From contig OY759599.1 of the NCBI GenBank assembly GCA_963662465.1, forward strand, positions 3,392,001 through 3,456,000: 64,000 bases of DNA, given 5' to 3'. The DNA is from Desulfatiglandales bacterium (GTDB lineage Bacteria; Desulfobacterota; DSM-4660; Desulfatiglandales; Desulfatiglandaceae). The translations under genes were made by a program, and so were the position numbers. Of this stretch, positions 1-8,648 are shown piece by piece. Numbering within the stretch: the stretch's first letter is position 1; the number at the start of each line of letters is the position of its first letter. The notes under the pieces are model-generated. The model worked only from the letters and a program-made list of their open reading frames with translations, was not told the origin of the DNA and did no database searches.

Positions 1-224
1 TGATCCGAGATCATCTTTCGGCCATTTCCCGGATACCGCTGGATATTGCCGTATCCAACAAATTCCTCCTCCTGATGGAAACATATTCCCTAAGCCACAA
101 ATTGAGTCTTCCAGATGCGATGATTGCCGCGACAGCCCTCGTTCATTCCATGCCGTTGTACACCTTTAATACCAGGGACTTTCGGTTCATCGCAGAGTTA
201 CAGCTTTACCAACCCATCGTTTGA
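1..224 (+). CDS. PIN-domain (VapC-like) toxin, C-terminal part; the gene starts before the window
   Basis: Frame from nt 3 reads ...YSLSHKLSLPDAMIAATALVHSMPLYTFNTRDFRFI..., with the PIN 'DxxIAATA...LxTxNxxDF' motif; TGA at 222-224. Confidence 0.85.
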   Translation, partial: IRDHLSAISRIPLDIAVSNKFLLLMETYSLSHKLSLPDAMIAATALVHSMPLYTFNTRDFRFIAELQLYQPIV

Positions 225-245
225 GCCGTAACGGACGTCATTCAT

Positions 246-392
246 ATGAAATCCACCACCTGCGATATCCTGATCATCGGCGCCGGCCCTGCCGGGTCTT
301 CCGCCGCCATTTCCGCAGCCAAGAATGGCCTGGATGTACTCAAGGAAGATAGAAATCGCATACGACGTCAAATGGGAATGGCGACAGTCTAA
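246..392 (+). pseudogene. N-terminal fragment of an FAD-dependent oxidoreductase (geranylgeranyl-reductase-like)
   Basis: MKSTTCDILIIGAGPAGSSAAISAAKNGLDV carries a Rossmann GxGxxG motif, then runs into unrelated sequence and stops after 48 aa. Confidence 0.75.
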
Positions 393-456
393 TTGAATTT
401 TATTTTTCGTTGTGATAGAGTTGACCGCAAATGGCAACCATAACCGGAGGAAAAAA

Positions 457-939
457 ATGAAAATAATTAAAATCTGGATTATAGCGCTTTGTTTCTCCAT
501 TTTGATGGTGGGCGGATTTCAAAATCGTTTTGCCTGCGCCGGCACAATGGACTTGATTTCCACCCTGGTAGACGCTCTGGGGATCACCGAAAAGCAGGCG
601 GAAGGCGGCGCCGGCGCACTGTTTAAAAACGCCAAGGAAAACCTTAGTCAGGAAGACTTCAACAAAGTATCCGACGCAGTCCCCAAGGTGGATGACTATA
701 TGGCCCAGGCCCCTTCTACCGATTCAGGGAGCGGCGCCGGCGGTCTTCTGAGCAGTGGATTATCATCACTGGGAGGCAGCGCAGGAAAAATCGGCGGCAT
801 GGCCGGTTTAGCGGACGCCTTTTCGAAACTCGGCATGAACACTGAAACCATGACCCAATTTATACCGGTTGTCGTTAAATTCATGGATTCCGAAGCCGGA
901 AGCAGTGTCGCGGGATTGTTAAAAGGGCTATGGCAATAA
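457..939 (+). CDS. DUF2780-family exported protein
   Basis: Signal peptide; 'LGITEKQAEGGAGALF...LSQEDF' and 'AFSKLGM' motifs; GGAGG before ATG 457. Confidence 0.75.
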   Translation: MKIIKIWIIALCFSILMVGGFQNRFACAGTMDLISTLVDALGITEKQAEGGAGALFKNAKENLSQEDFNKVSDAVPKVDDYMAQAPSTDSGSGAGGLLSSGLSSLGGSAGKIGGMAGLADAFSKLGMNTETMTQFIPVVVKFMDSEAGSSVAGLLKGLWQ

Positions 940-1051
940 AAAGTCTGAAACGCCTGCCTTGACGCCACCCGGCTTTTGATGATATTCTTTGGGCCTCATA
1001 CAATAAAAAGACAATAGAGAATGGAATAATATCATTGTAAATGGGGTTTTT

Positions 1052-1447
1052 ATGGAAAAGGTCCTGAGCATTACCGGTCGAATCGAAGACAAGAAACGGC
1101 AAAAACAGATAGAATCCAATCGGGACAAGTTTGATGCGGTTCAGAGAATGCTTCAATGCGGATCATGCCGTTTCAAGTGCGCCATGTGCGGACGTCATGC
1201 TGAAAATCCCACATCTTCGGATTCACAAGAAATGCCCTACTCCGAGTTCACGTTATGTGAAAGCTGTAACGCGGAATTTGAAGATTATATGAAAATCGCT
1301 GAAAAAAAGGGTACGCCGCACGATATTTTCTGGCACAACAGGGAATGGGTTGAGATGTGGTCCTCTTGGGTAAAATACCGGCGCTCCCTCAGTAAATTCA
1401 GATCTTCATTCCACTTTGAGCAGTTGCCCGGCAACGAAAGTGAGTAG
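1052..1447 (+). CDS. Hypothetical protein with three CxxC pairs (putative Zn-binding)
   Basis: CGSC, CAMC and CESC in a 131-aa ORF. Confidence 0.65.
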   Translation: MEKVLSITGRIEDKKRQKQIESNRDKFDAVQRMLQCGSCRFKCAMCGRHAENPTSSDSQEMPYSEFTLCESCNAEFEDYMKIAEKKGTPHDIFWHNREWVEMWSSWVKYRRSLSKFRSSFHFEQLPGNESE

Positions 1448-1596
1448 CAACCGACCCTTGGCATTTCAAATCGCAAACCGGGGAATGCTATCTTAATTTT
1501 CTGAGCCAATCGCCTTGGCTGTTTTGTGATCGACATAAAACAATTCATCTAATAGAGAATCCATGCTATGGATTCTCTCATACTGGAGGTAACCCG

Positions 1597-1791
1597 ATGT
1601 TTGGAATAGGCATGCCGGAATTGATTATCATTTTAATCATCATCTTGGTGATTTTCGGGGCTGGAAAATTGCCTGAAATTGGAAGCGGCATCGGAAAAGG
1701 GATCAAAAATTTCAAAAAAGCCACCCATGAAGCCAAAAATGAGATTGAAGAACCCAAAGAAAACGAGAAAAAATCTGAGGATGAAGCCTAG
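1597..1791 (+). CDS. tatA: Twin-arginine translocase subunit TatA/E
   Basis: [13 protein letters not shown]...[23 protein letters not shown] signature; GGAGGT RBS. Confidence 0.95.
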   Translation: MFGIGMPELIIILIIILVIFGAGKLPEIGSGIGKGIKNFKKATHEAKNEIEEPKENEKKSEDEA

Positions 1792-1962
1792 TCGCATTGA
1801 TCAACCATACAATTCTCCAAGATCCAGGCTAAGCGTCTTTTCGTTAACTTCGGTCTTGAGATCCCTCACCGATTCGATCATAATAGATTTAAAATCAGAA
1901 AGAAAAGGGGTAGAAATGCGCCGGCGCGTTTTTTTTGGCTCTCACCGGATTGGAGGGAAAAA

Positions 1963-3138
1963 ATGAAATGGGTCAAAAAGGAAGATAATCAGAGAGTCCC
2001 CATAAAATCATGGTGCGACCCTATTGAGGAGGGAGCGCTGCAACAAGCTTTAAATCTTTCAAGGCATCCTTCAGTTTTCAAGCATGTCGCGTTGATGCCG
2101 GATTGTCATCGAGGCTATGGGATGCCTATAGGGGGCGTTATCGCTTGCAAAATGGCTATCATTCCAAATGCTGTAGGGGTTGATATTGGGTGTGGGATGT
2201 GCGCCATAAAGACGGATTTTCCCGTTGGAGATATTACAGAAGAAGCCATAAAGAAAATCATGGGGCAAGTCCGCGAAAAAGTACCTGTTGGTTTCAGCCA
2301 CAACGAAGAAAATCAAGAGTGGAATGGTTTTGATAATGCCCCCGACATCTCTATTGTTCAGCAACAGCTACTTTCCGCAAGAAAGCAACTCGGCACCCTT
2401 GGAGGAGGCAACCATTTCATTGAGATCCAAAAAGGCGATGATGGTTTTGTATGGCTGATGGTTCATTCCGGATCAAGGAATTTTGGTTATAAAATTGCCA
2501 ATAAGTACCACACCAAAGCATTAATCCTCTGTGAAAGGTGGTTTTCCGATATCCCAGACAAAGAACTTGCTTTTTTACCGATTGAGTCACCGGAAGCAAA
2601 AGAATATTTTGAGTGCATGAATTTTGCTCTTGAGTTTGCAAAGGAGAATCGGCAAAGAATCATGGACCATTTCAAGGACGCTGTTCAGAATGTCCTTGGA
2701 TGCCTGTTTTTAGGGGAGCAAGCCAATATCCATCATAATTACGCGGCATGGGAAAACCATTTCAAACAGAACGTAATAATCCACAGAAAAGGCGCCACAA
2801 GCGCTAGAAAAGGACAGATTGGCATTATTCCCGGTTCAATGGGTACTCCGTCCTATATCGTTAAAGGATTGGGAAACCCCGAGTCGTTCCACAGTTGCTC
2901 TCATGGGGCTGGACGAAAAATGGGAAGAATGGAAGCCTCAAGAATCTTAAGCAGGGAAGAATGCGACAAGGCCATGGATGGGATCGTGTTTGGTCGATGG
3001 GGGCAGAACCGAAAAGGCAACCTGGATTTTGGGGAAGCGCCGCAAGCTTACAAAGATATTGAGGACGTAATCCGGTCTGAGCTTGATCTGATTACGCCTA
3101 TTGTAAAACTTCACCCCCTGGGTGTGATAAAAGGGTAA
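1963..3138 (+). CDS. rtcB: RtcB-family RNA ligase
   Basis: MPDCH, GVDIGCG, GTLGGGNHF, HSGSR, HRKGA, PGSMG, SHGAGR and EAPxAYK motifs. Confidence 0.93.
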   Translation: MKWVKKEDNQRVPIKSWCDPIEEGALQQALNLSRHPSVFKHVALMPDCHRGYGMPIGGVIACKMAIIPNAVGVDIGCGMCAIKTDFPVGDITEEAIKKIMGQVREKVPVGFSHNEENQEWNGFDNAPDISIVQQQLLSARKQLGTLGGGNHFIEIQKGDDGFVWLMVHSGSRNFGYKIANKYHTKALILCERWFSDIPDKELAFLPIESPEAKEYFECMNFALEFAKENRQRIMDHFKDAVQNVLGCLFLGEQANIHHNYAAWENHFKQNVIIHRKGATSARKGQIGIIPGSMGTPSYIVKGLGNPESFHSCSHGAGRKMGRMEASRILSREECDKAMDGIVFGRWGQNRKGNLDFGEAPQAYKDIEDVIRSELDLITPIVKLHPLGVIKG

Positions 3139-3251
3139 TAACGCTCCCTTTTAGTCCTCTCGACAGGAGAAGGCGCGTTTGTTTCAGAGCCAGGCCGGAA
3201 CAGATGCAAGATCGAGAAGGAGCAGAAGGCATAACGCCATGGTGAATCTTT

Positions 3252-3825
3252 GACTAAACAACCACCGTCTTGAAGACGGTGGGTTTAAAATCGCGGACTG
3301 AAAGTCCAGCAAGACCGGCTTTTGCCGGTAAATTATTCGATATCGAAACGATCGTTTGGGTCTTTTTCAAAATGGTGCTCAAGATAATCTTGAATCATGT
3401 CCTTGGTAAGCTCGCCAGACGTGACACAGAAATACCCCCGCGCCCAGAAATGCTTACCCCAGTATCGTTTCTTCAGGTGTGGGAATTCCTCAAAAATCTT
3501 ACGCGATGCCCTACCCTTCACCCTTCGCATAATGTCAGAAGGGGATATATTTGGTGGTGCGGAGACAAGAATATGCACATGATCTTTGCTGACAACACCG
3601 CGCAATATGCGAATTTCAAAACGTTCACAGGTTTGTCGCACGAGTTCCCGAACTCTAAGGGCAACGTCGCCCTGTAAAACGTGATAACGGTATTTCGTTA
3701 CCCAAACAAAATGATATTCAATCTTGTAGCGAGTGTGGCTTCCTTGACGATATTCCATGCCAAGTATTATAAGCCAGCTGCTAGCAAAATGCTACCCGCC
3801 TGAAAGGCGGGGGTTTTAACCTTGA
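3252..3825 (-). mobile_element. IS200-like element (tnpA only); ends approximate
   Basis: tnpA flanked by subterminal hairpins CCACCGTCT-tga-AGACGGTGG (3262-3282) and CCCGCCT-gaa-AGGCGGG (3795-3811). Confidence 0.85.
3333..3758 (-). CDS. tnpA: IS200/IS605 Y1 HUH transposase
   Basis: YHFVWVTKYR, HUH motif DHVHIL, FWARGYF, catalytic Tyr in IQDYLEHH. Confidence 0.95.
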   Translation of the reverse strand: MEYRQGSHTRYKIEYHFVWVTKYRYHVLQGDVALRVRELVRQTCERFEIRILRGVVSKDHVHILVSAPPNISPSDIMRRVKGRASRKIFEEFPHLKKRYWGKHFWARGYFCVTSGELTKDMIQDYLEHHFEKDPNDRFDIE

Positions 3826-3879
3826 ACAGAAACAATAAACGAATTGTGGATCATCTTCATGGCATCAGCAAGGTATTTT

Positions 3880-4034
3880 GGCTCATCGTGGATTCGCGTG
3901 AGATTTGGCTTCTGAGCCGATTGTAGGTGCGACTTCAGTCGCACATTAAGCCGACCCTGTGCGACTGAAGTCGCACCTACAACCCGAACCGAAACAATCT
4001 CAAAGCGCGATTTCACGTTAATCCGCGATGAACC
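3880..4034. mobile_element. 155-bp MITE (ISL3-like ends) carrying a REP doublet, copy 1
   Basis: Imperfect TIRs GGCTCATCGTGGATT / GGTTCATCGCGGATT; 8-bp direct repeat GGTATTTT on both sides (3872-3879, 4035-4042). Confidence 0.88.
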
Positions 4035-4135
4035 GGTATTTTTTCATATTGCGGGCCTTATCATAACGGGAAACTTGCAAAAAATGGAATAGGGACGGCA
4101 AATAATACCTAGAAATCAACGGTTTTTTTGCCAAT

Positions 4136-5290
4136 TCAACTGAACCCATGCCATTGGCCTGGAACCAGATCCCGGAGGAACTGCTCACAGGGAAGGCAGA
4201 GGATGTCATTGATTAAAAGCCGTTCATTGCCGCGATAGAGGAGGAGCGCCCGTGCCTCTGGATAATCTGCTCTAAATGCACTTAAACCTTTGAGCATTTT
4301 GCTGTTAATCCCGGCGGAATTCTTAACCTCAATGGCCTGAAAGGTATCTTGACCGTAGAGGACAAAATCGACCTCAACCCCTGATTTTGTCCGCCAATAA
4401 TAGAGATTGCAATTGTTGTTGCCGTATGCGATCCAGGCTCTCAGGTGCTGGGCAACAAGGCCTTCGAGTCCGGCGCCGTCAATTTCATGGGGACTGTCCA
4501 GGGGGCCTGTGGGTCGTACGGACCGAAAGATGCCGCTATCAAAATAATAAAATTTAGGATGAGAAATCAGGCGCCGTTTGGCCCGTCTGGAAAAAACCGG
4601 TAACTGGAAGGACAATAGCAGATCATCGAGTACAGCAAGATAGTTATCCACGGTTTTTCGTTTGACCTGGCATTCCCTTGCCACTTCAGAGACATTCAAG
4701 ATGCTGCCATGGGAAAAGCTGACAGCCTCCAAAAAGCGGCTGAACGCACCGATATTCCGCACGATTCCTTCCATCTGCACTTCTTCCTTCAGATAGAGAG
4801 CGACATACGAGGCAAGCGTTTCACGGGGATCAGGAGAACTGGTGATCAAGGGCACCAGCCCGATCTGGAGGCTTTCCGCCAAGGAGAAGGATGCCCCAAG
4901 TTCAGCAGCCATAAAAGGGTGCATTGTTTTGACCAGCGCCCGACCGGCTAAAAGGTCGACCCCGGTTCTTTTCAGTTTCCGGGCGCTGGATCCGGTTAAA
5001 ATAAAACGGCGCCCTGCCCCCTCTTCAATAAGTTCATGCACCACATCAAGAAGCTCAGGGATTTTCTGAACCTCATCGATAATAATGGTTTTACGCTTTG
5101 ATCCTCTGGTTACCTCACGCAACCGTTCCGGCCTTGCCGAATATGTTCTGAAAACCTCAGGGGCCAGGAGATCAATCAGCTCGGCGTCTGAATAATGGCG
5201 CTTTAGCCAGGTTGATTTCCCCGTGCCTCTGGGTCCGAAGAGAAAAAAACTTTGTCGGGGTGCCTGGAAAAAACGATCCGTTGTTTCCAT
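4136..5290 (-). CDS. AAA_14 ATPase with DUF4143 domain
   Basis: GPRGTGKS Walker A, IIIDEVQ Walker B, LTGSS, KFYYFDSG and EVDFV...AIEVK. Confidence 0.9.
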   Translation of the reverse strand: METTDRFFQAPRQSFFLFGPRGTGKSTWLKRHYSDAELIDLLAPEVFRTYSARPERLREVTRGSKRKTIIIDEVQKIPELLDVVHELIEEGAGRRFILTGSSARKLKRTGVDLLAGRALVKTMHPFMAAELGASFSLAESLQIGLVPLITSSPDPRETLASYVALYLKEEVQMEGIVRNIGAFSRFLEAVSFSHGSILNVSEVARECQVKRKTVDNYLAVLDDLLLSFQLPVFSRRAKRRLISHPKFYYFDSGIFRSVRPTGPLDSPHEIDGAGLEGLVAQHLRAWIAYGNNNCNLYYWRTKSGVEVDFVLYGQDTFQAIEVKNSAGINSKMLKGLSAFRADYPEARALLLYRGNERLLINDILCLPCEQFLRDLVPGQWHGFS

Positions 5291-5441
5291 TTATGCCTCC
5301 TTTTTTGCATCTTAAATGCAAAATATCACATGTTTGAGGCGCGTGCAAGGAACAACCATCAAAAAGGATTAGAAAATTCTGTCCTCGGTGGCCCAGACGG
5401 GAACCCTCTAAAAGAAGAAAACGGGAACGTCTTATCCCCCC

Positions 5442-8400
5442 TTATTCAGGATCCGCCCATCGGATTGTCCACGTAGTTCCCCCGTCTCTGTTGACCTGCC
5501 AGGCGCCTTCCAGCTGCCCCTCGATTAACTCGGTAACGAGCTGCAAGCCAAGGGTATCGGCAGCGCCCGGATTAAGATCCGGGCTCAGACCGATCCCATT
5601 GTCGGCCACCGTCGCGACGATGTCATCATTTGCTTCGTGTACGACTTCAATCCGGATCTCTCCGCCGGTGCCCGACGGAAAAGCGTATTTCAGGGAATTG
5701 GTCAACAATTCGTTCATGATCAACCCGAAGGGGATCGCCTGATCGATTCCCACAATCGCCGTTTCAGCATGGATGTGAATATCGATTCCGCCGGCCGGCG
5801 CTGAGAAGGCCTGAAAAATATGACCCACCAGCCTTTCCAGATACGATTGCAGTTGAATCTCCCGGAGGTTTTCCGATTGATATAAAATCTCATGCACAAG
5901 AGCCATGGACTGCACGCGGCTATGGGCATCCAGAAAAGCGTCCGTAACCTCCTTGCCGGTGATCTTTGACGATTGAAGGCTCAGAAGGCTTGACATCACC
6001 TGCATGTTGTTTTTGACCCGGTGATGAATCTCTTTCAACAGGACTTCCTTTTCCCTCAGGGCGGCTTGCGTACGTTCTTCCGAACATTTGATGTCCGTGA
6101 TGTCCACGCGAAAGCCAACGGTGCTGCCGTCCTCGGTTTTTCGTTCGGCGATTTTGATCCACCGCCCATCTTTCAACCGCTGGTCAACGCTGCCGGCAGG
6201 CAGGCGATGTTGGGCCATTTGATCGACAACCCATTCTTCCTCTTTTCCCACGGCATCGGGATATTGCCCTCTCATGGCCCCTTCGCGGACAACATCCTCA
6301 AACCGAGCCCCCGGCACCAGGAGATCTTTAGTGTCTTGGTAGATCTCCGCAAATTTTGCATTGAACAGGACCAAACGGTCCTGGTCGTCGTAGATGACGA
6401 AACCCTCATCGATCGCATCGATGGCGGCCAGAAGGCGTTCCTCGCTCTTTTTCCCGGCGGCTTCCATCTCCAGTCGCTCGGTAATGTCCCTGGAAATGCC
6501 GAATACCGCTTCCTTGTTATTCCAGAACCCCAGAGAAACCTTGGTCTCCACGGGGATCAGACGACCATCGGCCGTCAGCAGCGGAACGGGACAGTGGGTA
6601 GCGGTTCCTTCCAGCATATCTTTTACAATCCGGGCCGCCTCTTTCCGTCGATCAGGGGGGTGTACCGCCAGAACATCCATGGCCAGAAGTTGTTTTGGCG
6701 AATAACCCAGGCGCTTTTCCACGACGGGATTGAACCCCACAATCCGCCCGGACGAATCCAGCACGAACAGAAAGTCATCCAGGTTTTCGAACAGGGCGCT
6801 GAGGTTCTGTTGGCTGGCCTTCAAGGCCTGATCCGCCTTGATTCTGGCCAGTGCGCCCGCAGTCTGAGAAGCGATGTTTTCGAGGGAATATCGGGAGAAT
6901 CGCGAAAACGATTCGTGGGTCTTGGACCCGGCATTCAAAACGGCGATCACCCGGCCCTCATGTTTGACCGGCATCACGCCAAGGGCAAGGAGTCCGCTTT
7001 CCCGCCTGGACTCCGCCCCAACAGGATCATTTACCAGGGCATCCACCAATTTGGCGTAAGACGTAAAGACAGGCTCTCCCTTGGCGATCATCCGGGCATG
7101 GCGGGACTGGCCCTCAAAATAGCGGGTCATCTCTGTGAATTCGGCGGGGAGGCCCTGGTGGACAGTCAGATTAACGGCGCCGTCTTCGGAATCGACCAAA
7201 TAGATGCCCCCACAATCAATTTCCGGCACCTTGATCATCGCGTCCAAACAAACCCTCAAAGCCGCCTCAAGACCGCCGATGGCGCCTAAAGCCACACCGA
7301 GATCCCTTTGAATGGACAACAACCGCTCCATGTGCTTTTTATCGGTAATATCCTCGACCAGTACAACAAACCGTCCTTCTTCTTGTTCCCCACCCATGGG
7401 TGCATATTGGATCGCGCAGTCGAAGACTGAACCGTCCTTGCGACGCCATTGGGTTTCCAGTCCGGCAACCCTTTGCCGACGCAACATCTCCGTTATCTCC
7501 AAATCGGCCTTTTCGCCTGTTTCCTCATGCGCATAGAGGATCCGCGGGGACTTTCCCAGCAGTTCTTCCGGAGCATATCCGGTGATCCGGGTCATGGCCT
7601 CATTGTGCCAATTCACCACCTTGCCGCGCAACACCCCGATCCCGACAGGGGACGCAGTTAAAATGGTGCGCAGGGCAGCTTCGGACCGGGTCAGTTCTTT
7701 GGTCCGACCGGCCACCGTTTTTCTCAGCTGCAGGTTCCAGAACCAAACCAGCAGGATCATCACAACCATCCCTGCCAGCATGCCCATGAGCTGGACCCTG
7801 TATTTAACCAGAAAGGACTCCCGCAGGGATATTTGGACACCCAGCCACTTGCGTTGAATACGGTCCAGGACGCCACGCTTGCGGGTTATCGCAATCCCTT
7901 TGTTGAGAATGGACCGGAGAATGCGGTTCCCCTCTTTGACGGCCATACAGTTCCGACCCATATAAAGCGGTTCCCCCACCTTTTTGATACGCTTGATCAG
8001 CCCATCTGAATAGGCATGATACAAAACGATCTGTTCATCGCCGATAACGGCATCGGCCTTGCCGGATGCCACCAGGTCTACGGCTTCAGCAAAATTGGCG
8101 GTCTCAACCACATTAAAAGAGATGCCGCTGGATTGCAGGAACTCCAGGGCATAATCCCCCTTCTGCATGGCAATGGCTTTGCCGTTCAGATCCTCGACGC
8201 CCTTGATGTCCGGCCTGTCGGCCGCCACGAAAATGGACGCGGGCACATCAAACATCGTATCCGTAAAATCAAACTGCCGGTCTCGCTTCTCACTGTGGAA
8301 AAGGCTGGTCAAAACATCGGCTTCTCCAGACAAAATCGCCTGCTGAGCCTCATTTAAAAAGGTGTCGGTAAATCGTGCCTTGAATCCAAATTCCGTGGCC

Positions 8401-8648
8401 ATCCACCTGGCCAACTCAATACACATGCCAGTGTGGTCGCCATTTTTCTCAACAAACTCGAAGGGGGGATAGACCGTCTGGCTCACAAAAACAATTTCCC
8501 CTTTGTTTTTCAGGTAGCGCTTTTCTTCTTCCGTGAGCGTTTCACCGCACAAGCCCCGAGGGAGAAAAATCGCCAACAACAGGATCGATACCGTCAAGCA
8601 TGCGAAATAAAATTTTATCGGTTTCATGGGAACGTCGTATCGCATCAT
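5442..8648 (-). CDS. Sensor histidine kinase: periplasmic SBP_bac_3 domain, PAS, GAF, PAS, PAS, HisKA_2/HATPase
   Basis: YPPFEF solute-binding motif, TM helix, PAS repeats, LLKEIHHRVKNN, NELLTNSLKYAF, DNGIG. Confidence 0.9.
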   Translation of the reverse strand: MMRYDVPMKPIKFYFACLTVSILLLAIFLPRGLCGETLTEEEKRYLKNKGEIVFVSQTVYPPFEFVEKNGDHTGMCIELARWMATEFGFKARFTDTFLNEAQQAILSGEADVLTSLFHSEKRDRQFDFTDTMFDVPASIFVAADRPDIKGVEDLNGKAIAMQKGDYALEFLQSSGISFNVVETANFAEAVDLVASGKADAVIGDEQIVLYHAYSDGLIKRIKKVGEPLYMGRNCMAVKEGNRILRSILNKGIAITRKRGVLDRIQRKWLGVQISLRESFLVKYRVQLMGMLAGMVVMILLVWFWNLQLRKTVAGRTKELTRSEAALRTILTASPVGIGVLRGKVVNWHNEAMTRITGYAPEELLGKSPRILYAHEETGEKADLEITEMLRRQRVAGLETQWRRKDGSVFDCAIQYAPMGGEQEEGRFVVLVEDITDKKHMERLLSIQRDLGVALGAIGGLEAALRVCLDAMIKVPEIDCGGIYLVDSEDGAVNLTVHQGLPAEFTEMTRYFEGQSRHARMIAKGEPVFTSYAKLVDALVNDPVGAESRRESGLLALGVMPVKHEGRVIAVLNAGSKTHESFSRFSRYSLENIASQTAGALARIKADQALKASQQNLSALFENLDDFLFVLDSSGRIVGFNPVVEKRLGYSPKQLLAMDVLAVHPPDRRKEAARIVKDMLEGTATHCPVPLLTADGRLIPVETKVSLGFWNNKEAVFGISRDITERLEMEAAGKKSEERLLAAIDAIDEGFVIYDDQDRLVLFNAKFAEIYQDTKDLLVPGARFEDVVREGAMRGQYPDAVGKEEEWVVDQMAQHRLPAGSVDQRLKDGRWIKIAERKTEDGSTVGFRVDITDIKCSEERTQAALREKEVLLKEIHHRVKNNMQVMSSLLSLQSSKITGKEVTDAFLDAHSRVQSMALVHEILYQSENLREIQLQSYLERLVGHIFQAFSAPAGGIDIHIHAETAIVGIDQAIPFGLIMNELLTNSLKYAFPSGTGGEIRIEVVHEANDDIVATVADNGIGLSPDLNPGAADTLGLQLVTELIEGQLEGAWQVNRDGGTTWTIRWADPE

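Noticed and set aside
3816..4016. Recurring 'MKSRFEIVSV...' ORFs (also 12469, 29017, 31283)
   Set aside because: They are translations of the 155-bp MITE with variable ends, not genes.
3333..4034. tnpA as the RAYT for the adjacent REP doublet
   Set aside because: The protein and its own end hairpins are IS200-type, and the MITE has an independent TSD.
6021..7289. Long antisense ORFs (also 10460-11380, 19585-20589, 42768-43487, 60678-61580)
   Set aside because: Shadow frames of well-supported genes on the opposite strand, with no motifs.
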